DNA of 64,000 nt from Octopus sinensis (GCF_006345805.1 NC_043002.1:107694001-107758000); one strand, 5' to 3'. Counted from the stretch's first letter, positions 23,815 through 37,455 are shown. A program made the numbers and translations. The notes: generated from the sequence alone by a model not told the origin.

Positions 23815-24210
23815 TTACTTGTTTTAGTCCTTAGACTGCGGCCATGCTGGGGCACCATATTGAAGAGTTTTTGATCGAATGAATCACCGCCTGTGCTGTC
23901 TCTTTAAAAGCTGGTACTTAATGCTGTCTTTTTTATCTCTTTTGCCAGACCTGAAGGTTATGGGGACGTAAACACACCAACACTGGTTGAGAAACGGGTG
24001 ATGGGGGACAAAGACAGACACAAAGACACACACACATATACGACGGGCTTCTTTCAGTTTCCGTCAAATTAATTCACTCAGAGGGCTTTGGTCGGCCTTA
24101 AATTATGGTAAAAAAACTCTTGCCCAAAGTGCCACGCAGTGGGACTGATCCTAGAACCATGTGTTCGGGAAGCAAACTTCTTAACCACACAGCCACGCCT
24201 GCGCCTATAT
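23815..24210 (-). mobile_element. SINE family B, diverged full-length copy
   Basis: Head cagccacgcctgcgcct at ~24190-24206 and tail gactgcggccatgctgg. Confidence 0.8.
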
Positions 24211-25184
24211 AAAAAAAACAATTGATATAGAATATTCTCGGAAGGACCACAAAATAAAAAGCAATGGAGAATAGCTACAATAAATAAACAAGCAAAATAC
24301 GATTGTTTTCTAACTTAACATATAAAGCGCGACAGCCCACGATCATAGCCGTCAGGCAGAGGTCGACAGGCCACGATCGTGGCCTAGGTAGATGCATTTA
24401 ATTTATGGGCATTTGCTGGGGTCTAATGTCACTCAAACTCTCTGATACTCTCCAGAATGCAAGAAGACTAATGGTTCAGCTAATGACTTTTCAGATTATG
24501 TAAAACTTGCCACCATTATATACTAAGAAGATATTTTAACTATTTTGTATGTGTGCATGGTAGTCTCATTTTTATAAAACGGCGGTCGAGCACGGGTCAG
24601 TCGGTTCTAAGAAGCGGGCGAAAGCTTCCACGAAAGGTGCCGGATCCGTCCTTGTTGTAGCGAGCAAGTGGCAGCAAGAAAAGTCCTTGCATGCTCAACG
24701 CTTGGTAAAAACAGAACGAAGTTGAAACAACTTATTTAAAATATCGCAACGGTAGCTGAGAAGCGCAGAACTCAAAACTGGGGCTGAAGGATTCTTGAAT
24801 GCGGCACAAAGGCATATCTTAACCGCCCCAGGAACCACCAAAAGTATGTAACGAATCTGATACCTTAATTAATTGCCGAAGCTGTGTGGAGGTTAGGGGC
24901 GGACATTTAACCGTATTTTTCTCAAGCTTCTTAGTTTCTTTATCTTGGTAAGGAAAGATTTATGGCATACATCACAGGGCTGGTACTTCGATGTGATAGC
25001 AACAGAAAAAGAATTTGTATAAACACAAACGAGAAAGAACCCCAGAGAATGACGAAACGACCTTAATTACTCTGAGATATGACAATAAACAGAGATAGGG
25101 AGAGCAAGGCTAATTGACTTGATTGTGTTGTGAAGAAGTAGCGGGAGAGTAAGTAACTCGTAATCGAAATAACAGTTTCAAGAA

Positions 25185-25398
25185 GCGGTAAAGAAACGGA
25201 GAAAAATCTCCAAATATAAAGATTTGGAAATAGAAATAACCTGCAGATGGCGCTGGGTGGTGGGGCTTACTGAAGATAGAAACCATCCCTAAAATAACAG
25301 GTGCCTTGGGAATGATTAAAAAACATGAATAACACATCCACCCCGCCCACAACCAGACTTACAAATATGCAGAAAATAACACCACACACGCGCACACA

Positions 25399-25429
<31 letters not shown>

Positions 25430-25560
25430 GCAACACACATACACGCACATTAGGCAGATTACTGTCAACAGAAACAACCAAGCTAAACCAAAACACTGCA
25501 TGTACCCAAGGCACACGGGGTGCCCTCAGTCGGGTAGTAGAAGCACCCAATAAAAATAAG
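25185..25560 (+). mobile_element. R4/Dong-like RLE LINE 3' end (third, decayed family)
   Basis: KETEK-ISKYKDLEIEI ... IETIP-ITGALGMIKK, followed by (AAC)n. Confidence 0.7.
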
Positions 25561-25813
25561 ACAACTTATAACAACAACAACAACAACAACAACGTTAATG
25601 ATAATAATAATGAAGTTGATGATGATGGTAATGATGGGGATGAGGATGGTGATGAGGATGGTGATGATGATGATGATGATGATGATGACGATTGCTTAGG
25701 CTGCTGTACATCGTAGACACGCCTGTCTAATAAAACACGTTCGGTTTAATGTTTGATATTTTTAGAAAGACATGTCTCCAAAATACACGCCAGACTGTAT
25801 TAGGGGGGGGGGG

Positions 25814-25814
<1 letters not shown>

Positions 25815-25856
<42 letters not shown>

Positions 25857-25893
25857 CAGCAGCAGTAGTAGCAGCAGCAGTAGCAGCAGCAGC

Positions 25894-25928
<35 letters not shown>

Positions 25929-26510
25929 AAGAAGAAGAAGAAGATGATGATGATGATGATGATGATGATGAAGAGGGAGAAGAAGAAGAAGAAGAAGAAA
26001 GAAGAAAGAAGAAGAAGAAGAAGAGAAGAAGAGAAGAAGAGCAAGAAGAAGAGAATAAGAAGAAGAAGAAGAGAAGAGAAGAAGAAGAAAGAAGAAGAAG
26101 AAGAAGAAAGAAGAATAAGAAGAAGAAGAAGACGAAGAAGAAAGAATTAAGAAGAAAGAAGACAAGACGAAGAAGAAAGAAGAAGAAGAAGAAGAAGAAG
26201 AAGATAGAAGAAGAAGAAGAATGAAAAAGACGAAGAAGAAGAAAGAAGAAGAAGAAGAGAAGAAAGAAGAGAGAAGAATAAGAAGATAAGAAGAAGAGAA
26301 ACATAAGATTTCGTATAATGGCATAATAATAATAATAATTCAACTAATAGAAAAGAAGAAGAAGAAGAGAAGAAGAAGAAGAAGAAGAAGAAGACGAAGA
26401 AGCAGAAGAGAAGAGAAGAAGAAGAAGACGAGAAGAAGGAAGAAGAAGAAGAAGAAGAAGAAGAGAAGAAGAAGAGAAGAAGAAGAAGAAGAAGAAGAAG
26501 AAGAAGAAGA
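25815..26510. repeat. Large compound microsatellite (TAG/CAG/GAT/GAA)n
   Basis: Direct inspection; explains ORFs 25727-26535. Confidence 0.95.
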
Positions 26511-27109
26511 CATGTATAGTTTGCCAACTAGGCAACGGAGATTATTTTTAGCGCAATAAGGAATGGAGCACGATGGGTGTGTGTGTGGGTGTGGGGGGTT
26601 ATGAATGTGGGTGAGACTATAACAGTAAACCGTGGTGGTTTCGTGGGTGGGGCGCAATTTTTTTTCTTCTTGTAATGGGTGGAGTGTGGTACGCGCTGAG
26701 TGAATAGCTCTGGTGGCAGAATGGAGTGTAGGCTGAGGCTGGAATATTTGGTGGTGGAGGGCGTAATTGGAGTGGACTGTGTGGGGGGGGGGGGTGGGGG
26801 TGCACAGAAGTGGAGTAAGGACTGGAGAGGACGTCTTGTGGTGGTTGAGAGCAGCAGTGAGTGTAGCTGCTGTTGGAGTGGAGTATCTACTGGAGTTGAG
26901 CAATTACTGGAGGGAAGAGCTTGTGATGCTTGAGTGAGAGTGGAATCATCACAAGCATGTTGTTGTTGTTGTTGCTGTTGTTGTTCAAACGCAGATCAAC
27001 GCTAAACTAGTGAAGCTACCCATCAAGGTCTTTCCAGCCGTGACTCTCACCTCGTTTTGTATCACGGACTACGTTGGCCAGGATTTCGGTTGAGACGTGA
27101 TTTAGACAT

Positions 27110-27327
27110 GCTCTTTTCACTTTTACCTGTTTCAGTCATTTGACTGCGGCCATGCTGGAGCACCGCCTTTAGTCGAGCAAATCGACCCCAGGACTTATTC
27201 TTTGTAAGCCTAGTACTTATTCTATCGGTCACTTTTTGCCGAACCGCTAAGTTACGGGGACGTAAATACACCAGCATCGGTTGTCGAGCGATGGTGGAGG
27301 GGGACAAACACAGACACACAAACATAT

Positions 27328-27420
<93 letters not shown>

Positions 27421-27939
27421 GTTTTTCTTGGAGGGCTGGCCGTGATCTAGTAATCTCAAGATTAATCAGCCGAAATTACTACGATGATCCGGTTCTTGAC
27501 TGAAGACTGAGGGGTTCGAATGTCCTGTCCATGTTTATTGTATCGTCTTCTAAGAGTTATACGTTCTTGTCCATGTTGTATTTTTCTACATACCTTAATA
27601 TATATATATATATATATATGTACATATATATATACATATATATATATATACATACATATATATATATGTATAAAGGTAAAGACCCCCTTCGGTCATGAAT
27701 GACCATGGGATTGCACCTAGAAAGTTACCCTCTTAGACACAAGTCCGGGCAAGGTTGTTTATGGAAGGCCAGCAGTCGCCCATGCATACCAGCCTCCCCT
27801 CTCCACGCCACCAGTGTTATCCAAGGGAAAGACAAAGGTCGATACAGCTTGCACCTGTGACGTCGCAACACATTTCTACAGCTGAGTGAACTGGAGCAAC
27901 GTGAAATAAAGTGCCTTGCTCGAGAACACAATATATATA

Positions 27940-27970
<31 letters not shown>

Positions 27971-28133
27971 CATATATACGACGGGTTTCTTTCAGTTTCG
28001 TCTACCAAATCCACTCACAAGGCTTTGGTCGGCCTGAGGCTACAGTAGAAGACATTTGCCAAGGTACCACGCAGTGGGACTGAACCCGGAACCATGTAGT
28101 TGGTAAGCTAGCTACTTACCACACAGCCACTCC

Positions 28134-28135
<2 letters not shown>
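27110..28135 (-). mobile_element. SINE B split by two nested insertions in its internal microsatellite
   Basis: 3' half at 27110-27330 and 5' half at 27975-28135, with family F (27420-27600) and SINE D (27678-27930) between. Confidence 0.8.
27420..27600 (+). mobile_element. Unclassified TA-embedded repeat family F (also 47280-47420 minus, 57655-57960 minus), possibly Penelope-like
   Basis: Shared aagattaatcagcc...gatgatccggttcttgactgaaga...cgaatgtcc.gtcc.tg. Confidence 0.6.
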
Positions 28136-28204
<69 letters not shown>

Positions 28205-29004
28205 GTGCCTGTCTGCTTGTCGTTTTATCTATCTACCTATCTATTCAAATATGTACCCGTAATATATAAAAGCGAGACGGTCGCGGATGGATTGATTTTC
28301 ATCATAGATATTGATCAGGGCTTAACCTGGGGTTAAGCCAGCGAATGCCATAAAGAGGGGTTTCTTGGTTTAAAACAAAACCCGTAAAACGTGGGGCGTA
28401 GGGCGAGGAAGAAGAAGACAAAAGAAGAAGAAGAAGAAGAAGAAGAAGAAGAAGAAGAAGAAGAAGAAGAAGAAGAAGAAGAAGAAGAAGAGGTTACTGT
28501 TAGAATTATTGTCATCGTCATTATCAACATCTTCGCCATTATAATCATCATCGTCGTCATCATCATCATCATCATCATCATCGTCATCGTCATCATAGCC
28601 AACATATCAATGCCTCGCTCAACCGCATCATGTCTACCCCTCTCGTTTTCGCTCAATAACATCATGTCTACCCCTCTCTCCACCTTCACTCATCTCTTTC
28701 ATTCCCACCCCTACTGTCAACCTCCACCCACTCATCCCCCCTACCCCAAACTCATTCAATTGCCACCTCACCATTCAACTCCCATTCTTCGTCTCCCTCA
28801 ACTATTTCTGTCTACCCGAATCTCTGAATTCCCTTAGAAATGGCATCTCGTCCAATGCTATCAATATCTGTATGAAGCGTGGAATAAAAGGGACAAACTT
28901 GAGGAAACGGCAGACTCCTATGTTTGAAATAATATCAAAGAATGGTGAAACTGAAGTGCTGGCAATGTCTTTGATTTCAGGAGACGCTATGTACCAACAG
29001 TCTC

Positions 29005-29495
29005 CTACCTACCTACCTGTCAACCTACGTACCAAACATTCTCTACACCGTATACTTTACTACCTACCTACCGACCTACCGACCTACCGACCGACCGACC
29101 GACCCTACCTACCTACTACCTACCTACCTACCTACCTACCTACCTACCTACCTTCCTACCTACCTACCTACTTACCTTCCTACCTACCTACCGACCTACC
29201 GACCTACCTACCTACCTACCTACCTACCTACATACATACCTACCTACCTACCTACCTACCACCTACTACCAACCTACCTAACCTACCTACCTACCTACCT
29301 ACCTACCTACCTACCTACCTACCTTCCTACCTACCTACCTAATTACCTTCCTACCTACCTACCGACCTACCGACCTACCTACCTACCTACCTACCTACCT
29401 ACATACATACCTACCTACCTACCTACCTACCAACCTACCAACCTACCTACCTACCTACCTACCTACCTACCTACTTACCTACCTACCTACCTATC
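29005..29495. repeat. (TACC)n/(CCTA)n microsatellite
   Basis: Direct inspection; explains ORF 28872-29342. Confidence 0.95.
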
Positions 29496-29718
29496 TATTT
29501 CTTTACTACCCACAAGGGGCTAAACACAGAAGGGACAAACAAGGACAGACAAACGGATTAAGTCGATTATATCGACCCCAGTACTTATTTAATCGACCCC
29601 GAAAGGATGAAAGGCAAAGTCGACCTTGGCGGAATTTGAACTCAGAACGTAGCGGCAGACGAAATACCGCTAAGCATTTCGCCCGGCGTGCTTACGATTC
29701 TGTCGGCTCGCCGCCTTA
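29495..29718 (-). mobile_element. SINE A monomer embedded in a (GGTA)n tract
   Basis: Complete monomer with TACC repeats on both sides. Confidence 0.9.
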
Positions 29719-29844
29719 TACCTACCTACCTACCCATCCACCTACATGCCTACATACGTACATACATATATATATTTACATATATACATACGTACATACA
29801 TTCATATATATATACACACATACATGCGCAAATACATAAGGATA

Positions 29845-30170
29845 TAGGCGTGGCTGTGTGGCAAATAGCTTGCTTCCCAACCACATGGTTCTGGGTGCCT
29901 CGCGCCGATCAAAGCGTTGTGAGTGGATTAGGTAAAAGGAAACTGAAAGAAGCCCGTCATGGATATAAATATGGATGTATTTGTGTGTCTGTGTTTGTCT
30001 ATCTACCATTGCTTGACAATCGATGTTGGTGTGTTTATGTCTCCGTAACTTAGCGGTTCGGCAAAAGAGAGCCGATAGAATAAATACCAAAGGCTTAGAA
30101 AGTCCTGGGGTCGATTTGTTCGACTAAAGGCGGTGCTCCAGCGTGGCCGCAGTCAACTACCTGAAAGAAA
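29845..30170 (+). mobile_element. SINE family B (internally deleted)
   Basis: aggcgtggctgtgtggc...ggcggtgctccagcgtggccgcagtc. Confidence 0.85.
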
Positions 30171-30399
30171 TAAAACAATAAAAGAATATAGATTAATAGG
30201 CACTATATACATTCAAATACAAACGTGCATATGGTTGTGTATATACACCTACATATATACACTCGTATTTTCTACAAACATGCATACATATAGGATGTAT
30301 GCATACATATATACGCGCATTCATATATACGTGTATAAATACATGCATACATACGTACAGCCTTCTGAGCTACACACAGTTTTGTCCCATTTTACAGAT

Positions 30400-30600
30400 T
30401 CTGAACTTTCTAAGTATTTTCCACATTATAATGATTTCCTTATCACCGTCTTTTAATTTCCAGATGTGACTTAATAAGCTTTTGGTGGACTGGTTATGGA
30501 TATGTCTGACTATTAAAATGTGATTGTTATAACATTGTTTGAATGTTCCTTCTGTCATGCCTATACGTGGCCTGGTCAATAAGTATAGATTAAAGATGCT
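30400..30600 (-). pseudogene. Penelope-like GIY-YIG endonuclease fragment
   Basis: RIGMTEGTFKQCYNNH...STKSLLSHIWKLKD...MWKILRK. Confidence 0.75.
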
Positions 30601-30624
30601 GGGCACAAATTGACCTTGAATTCT

Positions 30625-31437
30625 TCTGTGCATGCGCACTAAATTTTAACGTTCTAGCTCACTTCCGCTGTTTATAGCAGTGCTTGGAAGGAAGCGTGTG
30701 ATCGTCGCATTGACCGTTACAGAGAAAGTTGTCATGGCGATACCTGTTCAGAGGCCTACGCAAATTGCAGAAAGTGTATGTAGAGGAGTGTATGAGACGT
30801 ACACAAGTATATGAGTGGTTCAGACATTTCCAAGATGGCCGAAAAAATGTTGATATTGACGATGTTCTGGGAAACTCACAAGCAGCAGGACTGAGAAAGA
30901 CATCGCAGATGTGCGTGCAGCTGTGAGGGGAAATCGTCGAATCACCATCCGTGAGTTATCAGAGGAGGTGCAGATGAGTTACGTTTCGGTTCAGTCCATT
31001 ATCTCTGACGATTTGGTTATGAGATGTGTGTCTACCAAGTTTGTGCCAAAACTGCTTTTAGTTGAACCCCCCCCCCCCACCTAAAAAAAAACAAAAAAAA
31101 AAACACTCGGGTTTCAGTGGCACAATATCTCTTTGATTGGGTCGAAAATGACGAAAACCTTTTGAAAACTTTGCATAAGCCTCTGAGCCAAGCCTTTAGC
31201 AAAATTTGATGCAGATTCTCTGCTCAGCTGTCTCTGTCATGTGCTATGCGACGATCACATGCTACACACCTTCCTTCCAAGCACTGTTGTAAACAGTGGA
31301 AGTGAGCTAGGACGTTAACACTTAGTGTGCATGCAAAGCAGAGGTCAAGATCAATCTCTTCCAGGCGACTTCACACTGCATGCTTTAGCTTCGTTACTAT
31401 AGCAACAGTCCGGATACTTATTGATCAGACCACGTAT
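30625..31437 (+). mobile_element. Mariner-derived fold-back element with N-terminal transposase relic
   Basis: QVYEWFRHFQDGRKNV, NRRITIRELSEEV, KFVPKLL; the right arm (31165-31437) is an inverted copy of the element's 5' end, terminating tccggatacttattgatcagaccacg|TA. Confidence 0.85.
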
Positions 31438-31953
31438 AGCATTTTGTTAAGTGCTGCAGGTAAGTCCAGTGGCGAATAACTTCAGCTTTGTATAATACTG
31501 TTTCTGCATTGCAGGACATGGTTGGTGGTTGAGCATCTGCTGTATACATGTCTGTTTTTTTTTTATATTGATGGCCATATCTCTATGTATATGCCACGAC
31601 GTCTATTGATGTGCAGTGTTTTTGTCGACTAAGGTGTATAAGCTTATAAAGTCACATAAATGTTTTGTCGTATATGCCAATGCTAGCGTAAAAGGCGCCT
31701 TCTGGATCGGACCTTTAAATTTGAATTGAGATTTTATTGAGTGTAGGGTCTGTGTTTTATGAACAACAAAACTTCGCCTTGTAAAACCTTAAGTCTGTCG
31801 ATGAAGAATTAAAAGTATTTTTCTTATGTACGTATTTATGTATGTATGCATGTATGTATTAACGTACATATGTGCACACACACACATACATGTGTGTATG
31901 TGGGTAAGTATGAATGCATACATATATTTGTGTGTGTGTATGTATATATGTTA

Positions 31954-32030
<77 letters not shown>

Positions 32031-32401
32031 CTCTCTCTCTATATATATATATATGCGTGTGTGTGTCTGTGTGTGTGAGTGTTTGTATGCATGTATGTAT
32101 GTATGTATGTATACACACACATATATAGATTTATATATACATATTTTAAATATATATTTTTAAAGCCAAAACAATGGTAGTTATAAGAAATTAATAATCC
32201 AGGTTGGTGTTTATTACCCTTTCCTGGTATGTCAATATTTCGGGGTTAACATCCCTTCTTCAGGAAAATTTCGGAGAAAATGGTTTGAAAGCAGATGTCT
32301 GGACTATTTTGGCTTTAAAAACAATTTTATATATCAGACAATGCTCCGTGAAAAATGTTACTACTCTAATGTGTGGGTGTGTATGAGAGAGAGAGAGAGT
32401 A

Positions 32402-32438
<37 letters not shown>

Positions 32439-32441
32439 TAG

Positions 32442-32476
<35 letters not shown>

Positions 32477-32519
32477 TAGAGAGTGTGTGTGTGTGATGTG
32501 CACCTACTCTCAACGATTG

Positions 32520-32660
32520 AAAAGTTACATCGGACAATGTAATCCCGGATATACAAAAGGAAGATGGGTTGGTCATGGCTAGAACGCCCAGAACATAGTT
32601 ATACTTCCATTAACAATGTTGGTCTGAGTGGAATTAAAGTTAAGAAAGAAATAGGAAACC
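32520..32660 (+). pseudogene. Possible RTE-like LINE ORF C-terminal relic
   Basis: Frameshifted RWVGH-AR...GIKVKKEIGNP, resembling RWxGHVAR...KRxxGRP. Confidence 0.3.
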
Positions 32661-33369
32661 CAATATATCTACCCCAGACAAACTCTCTGACCTCTACATA
32701 CACACACCACACACGCACACACTCACGCGCACACACTCACGCACACACACTCACACTCATACATAGGCACACATACACACACACATGCATGCTCACACAT
32801 ACATACACACACGTACACACACACTCTCTCTCTCTCCTTTACAAAAGTAAGAAAAGAGAAACGAGGGCAAGCACAACAGCATCATCATCATCATCAGCAG
32901 CAGCAGCAGCAGCAACAACAGGAAAAGTACAAGAAAAAAAAAAGCACCAGCGAGAACAGTATTAACAACAACAAGAATGAGAATAACCTTAAAAATGGAA
33001 TACATAATGAAAAGTGCCACATGTGAAATGGGAACTAAACAACATGAGAAAGATAAAGAGAAAGAAAGAAAGAACGAAGGAGAGAAAAGAAGAAAAGGAA
33101 AAATAGAGAAGGAAAGGGGGAAGGGAGGGAGGGAGGAGCAATCGAAGAAGAAATTGAAGAAAGAGAAAGAAACCATACGGCTGAGGTGTGAAATAAATGT
33201 TGGTTGAGTCAGAGAGAGGTATTTGATGTTGGAATTACACCTGAAACAGGTGGTAGCCACGTTTTTCTTTATACCCCCACCCCACCCCACCCCACTCCTA
33301 TCCATCTCCGAAATCCCGAATAGATTAAACGATTCTGATTGGCCAATTACTTTGGATGCACATTTTATG

Positions 33370-33414
<45 letters not shown>

Positions 33415-33527
33415 AAATGACCATGGATAAAGCGGGGGTGGCCATATCGGGAGAAACAGCGCTTTTGTTGCGGCTGTTGTTGTTTTTTTTATGATGATGA
33501 TGATGATGATGATGATGATGGTGATGG

Positions 33528-33559
<32 letters not shown>

Positions 33560-34144
33560 GTGTTGATGATGATGGTAGTGGTGATGATGATGATTGTGGT
33601 GGTGGTGGTGGTAGTGGTGGTGATGATGATGATGATAATGATGTTGATGGTGGCTGTGGCAATGTTCTGAGTTCAAATTCCACCGAGTTGACTATTGCCT
33701 TCCATCTTTTCAGGGTCGATAAAATGCAATACCAGTCATGTTTTGGGGGAAGCGGCTCAGGAATATCCCCGTCAAAATTTCTGGTCTTCTACTTAAATCA
33801 GAGAACAATTATTATTCACGTGTTGTTGTTGTTGCTGTTGTTGTTTTTTGAGTGATGGCCAGGCAGAATCAGCTGACCTTCGGCCAAAAAATGCTTTGCG
33901 ATATTTGTTCTGGTTCTTTAGGCTCTGAGTGCAAATCGTGCCGAGGCCAACTTTACTTCTCATCCTTTCAAAATCGATAAAATAAAGTACCAGCGAAGTA
34001 CGTCAATGGATTTACTCATCTACTCTTACCACACCCACCCCCCCACCCCACCCCACACCCCACCCCACCCCACCCCCACCCCACCCCACCCCCCCCCCAC
34101 CCCACCCCACCCCCACCCTTTTCTGATATGAAGTATCATTCGAT

Positions 34145-34524
34145 GGAGGCGCAATGGCCCAGTGGTTAGGGCAGCGGACTCGCGGTCATAGGATCGCGGT
34201 TTCGATTCCCAGACCGGGCGTTGTGAGTGTTTATTGAGCGAAAACACCTAAAGCTCCACGAGGCTCCGGCAGGGGATGGTGGTGATCCCTGCTGTACTAT
34301 TTCACCACAACTTTCTCTCACTCTTACTTCCTGTTTCTGTTGTACCTGTATTTCAAAGGCCGGCCTTGTCACTCTCTGTGTCACGCTGAATATCCCCGAG
34401 AACTACGTTAAGGGTACACGTGTCTGTGGAGTGCTAAGCCACTTACACGTTAATTTCACGAGCAGGCTGTTCCGTTGATTCGGATCAACCGGAACCCTCG
34501 TCGTCGTAACCGACGGAGTGCTTC
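34145..34524 (+). mobile_element. tRNA-derived SINE family C, tail type 1
   Basis: A box TGGCCCAGTGG, B box GGTTTCGATTCCC; near-identical to 44696-45080. Confidence 0.9.
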
Positions 34525-34624
34525 AAGAATCATTCGATTAAATGACCTAACACTCCTGTTTAACCCATGAAGGTTAATCCATATTACTCCGCAAGGTTTC
34601 CCGGTTTCCATGTCTTATATAGTC

Positions 34625-35001
34625 CTTTCTGGATCGGATGCTTGTCTGTTGTAAGGTTACTCTTTTTTATCAGCTGAGTGGACAGGAGCTACGTAAAAAT
34701 GAAGTGTTTTGCTCAAGAACACAATGCACTGCCCAATCTAGGAATCGAAACCGCTATCTTACGATCATGAATCTAACACCCTAGCCAGTAAGCCATGCGC
34801 CTCCATTTTAGCCCTTCTGGATCGGATGCTAGTCTGTTGTAAGGTTACTCTTTTTTATCAGCTGAGTGGACAGGAGCAACGTAAAAATGAAGTGTTTTGC
34901 TCAAGAACACAATGCACTGCCCAATCTAGGAATCGAAACCGCTATCTTACGATCATGAATCTAACACCCTAGCCAGTAAGCCATATCGCCTCCATTTTAG
35001 C
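34625..35001 (-). repeat. Tandem duplication (~189-bp unit) containing a SINE D-like head
   Basis: ttctggatcggatgct...cctccattttagccc twice, near-identical. Confidence 0.9.
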
Positions 35002-36599
35002 CCGAGAGGTCGATATTAACTTTCATCTTTGATGCACTCATTAAAATAATTAACAACCATGAAGATATTCCCATTATATTTCAGTTCCATACTCGACTTA
35101 ATGTCAGTTCTTTCTTGGAATATTCCAGTAGAACATCAGTTCTTCTACCAGATGATGTCCAAAACAGGTCTTCGATCAACCCTTCGCCATTTCTGAGGAA
35201 TGAAGCCTATTCATGGACTCGCAAAATCCTCCTAAAAGTACAACGTTACCGATTCCAAAAGAGAAACCAACCCCAGTACTTGACTGTAGTTTTAGGTGCT
35301 GACGCGGGGACGAAAAAATGCTAAGTTGATCTCCGTTGTATTTGAACACGCGATGCACGCGACCAGAATATATAGCTATAGTGAATCTTTACTACTTTAT
35401 TTGTTTGCTGCCTGATCAATCATGCATCGAATTCCAATATAATCGATTATTTTTTCTCCACCCACGGGAAGTTATGGACTTTTGCCTTTGTTAGAAATCA
35501 TATGATTGCTGGTTGATCTTTTTGCTTTTGGATCGAGCTTCTGTCTTAAAGATCCTAGTAAAAATGTTTTGCAAATAAATACTATTTATTAGCGACAAAA
35601 GCAGTATTAATACTAAAGCAGGTAATATTTATCTCCACTTAAAATTTATGTTGTGTTAGAACACAAAATACTGCGACAGTTAGCCTGAGAGAACCTCTCA
35701 TATGGGCTTTTGGTGCATATAAACACTCTTGCTTATATCGCTGGTGGGTGACAAATCACCGCCATTATCGCTGCCGAGATTACCAGTTCACGTGATTTCG
35801 GCCTTTCCTGGTCTTGTCAATCGTAGACGCCCAACTGCTGGGCATAGCAGCGATGACTCGGCCAGGGATCTACGCAATCCAAGTTTGCCCATCTGCTATT
35901 GGGTCTTTTCAAGACTCATAGAAGTGGTATAAATAAGAGTACATAATTCAAGCTAAACTTTATCTTAAGACTGTATGCTACGATGTGAGAGAGATACAGC
36001 CGCTATTTCTAGCATACAGAAATTCCCTCATTGGGAGAATATCGTCACCATTTCCATCAATGTCCGGCATGTATTTTGCACTGAGGGTGATACGACAGAA
36101 ATTTGGTTATTATTTCTAGCAAGTCGAGTAACGATATAAGGACTGCCTTCTCAGCTGTTCCTAGTTTTGTAACTATAATTGTCATTATGACAGAATCGGT
36201 AGAGCATCGGAAAGTATGCTTTGTGGTATTCGTTCTGTCTCTTTACTTTCTGAGTTCAAATCCCGTCAAGGCAAACCTTTCTTTTTAATCCAAAATAAAA
36301 TACCAGTCACATACGCGGCTCGATGTAATGAACTAATCCCTCCTCTCAAAATTGCCGGCCTTGTGCCAAGAATTGGAACGACTATTATCGTTCCTCTAAA
36401 ACTAAAACTCCGTTCTCATTCACATCTAGCTTCCACTAACTAAACGCCACCATTTTACTCTCCCTCCTTCACTCCTCCACTTCGCTTCGGGTGAATGTAG
36501 CAAGGATGGCACGTATGAATGACGAAGCCACCTTGACTATGATTCTATGAACCGTAAAAATTAATACAGAGAGTTGCTTATTTGCAAAAAAAAAAGAAA

Positions 36600-36933
36600 T
36601 ATAACATGTGACTTCATTGACCGAGGTTACCGTGGTCTTTTCCGTAGGCTTTTCTTTCCACGGGTAAACCTCACCTGTCCTCCCCTTTACACTTCATATT
36701 GACATTTCTGTGATAACGATCCCTATTGATCAATTTTTTTCCTTCCCCTTTTTCTTCCTCTCCCTCCCCCACTTTTTAAAAAATTTTATTCCCCCCTTTT
36801 TTTGTCCTCTTTCTTTCCCTTTACGATCCCTTTTGATCGAAAACCAAACCCCCTTTTTTTACCCACAAAAGAAAAGCTCTACCTTGTAATTTGTCCTGTC
36901 TGTGTGCAGCCCTGTGTGGCTAATAAAGAAACA

Positions 36934-36995
<62 letters not shown>

Positions 36996-37076
36996 CTGTC
37001 TATCTATCTATCTATCTATCTACTATCTATCTATCTATCTATCTCGATCTATCTACCTCACCTATCTATCTATCTC

Positions 37077-37132
<56 letters not shown>

Positions 37133-37133
37133 A

Positions 37134-37183
<50 letters not shown>

Positions 37184-37187
37184 CTCC
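36600..37187 (+). mobile_element. Probable LINE 3' UTR ending in AATAAA and a (TATC)n tract
   Basis: Pyrimidine-rich UTR, ccctgtgtggctAATAAAgaaac, then (ATCT)n at 36933-37187. Confidence 0.35.
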
Positions 37188-37400
37188 ATCTCTAATACCA
37201 CGACTGCCGCTACAGCGTTCTTTCAAACCTTTCTACAAATCTTTCGTCTTCATTCATTTGTTTATCCATTCACATTAGTCTCTCTCCTATTTTTAGACCA
37301 CATCCTTATCTCTCAGCCTCGTCCCTTCCTCCCCACCTCCCTCCGGTTCACACCTTTCTATCTCCCAAAGCAGGCGTAATACTGCATTCCATATATACAT

Positions 37401-37455
<55 letters not shown>

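Noticed and set aside
25727-26933. Long ORFs of poly-E/K/R/S/F
   Set aside because: Translations of trinucleotide microsatellites, open in several frames on both strands
27420-27535. CTGAAGA, CAGCCGAAA and TTCGAATG motifs in family F as tandem or permuted hammerheads
   Set aside because: In three copies I could not build stem I or an A15.1-U16.1-H17 junction; kept only as an unclassified repeat
28838-29342. 156-aa ORF and a possible acceptor at 28837
   Set aside because: Mostly a (TACC)n translation; the unique N-terminal part has no recognisable motif and no convincing donor
35086-35358. Protein-like frames after an atttcag acceptor
   Set aside because: Weak donor, stops in adjacent frames, no family motif recognised
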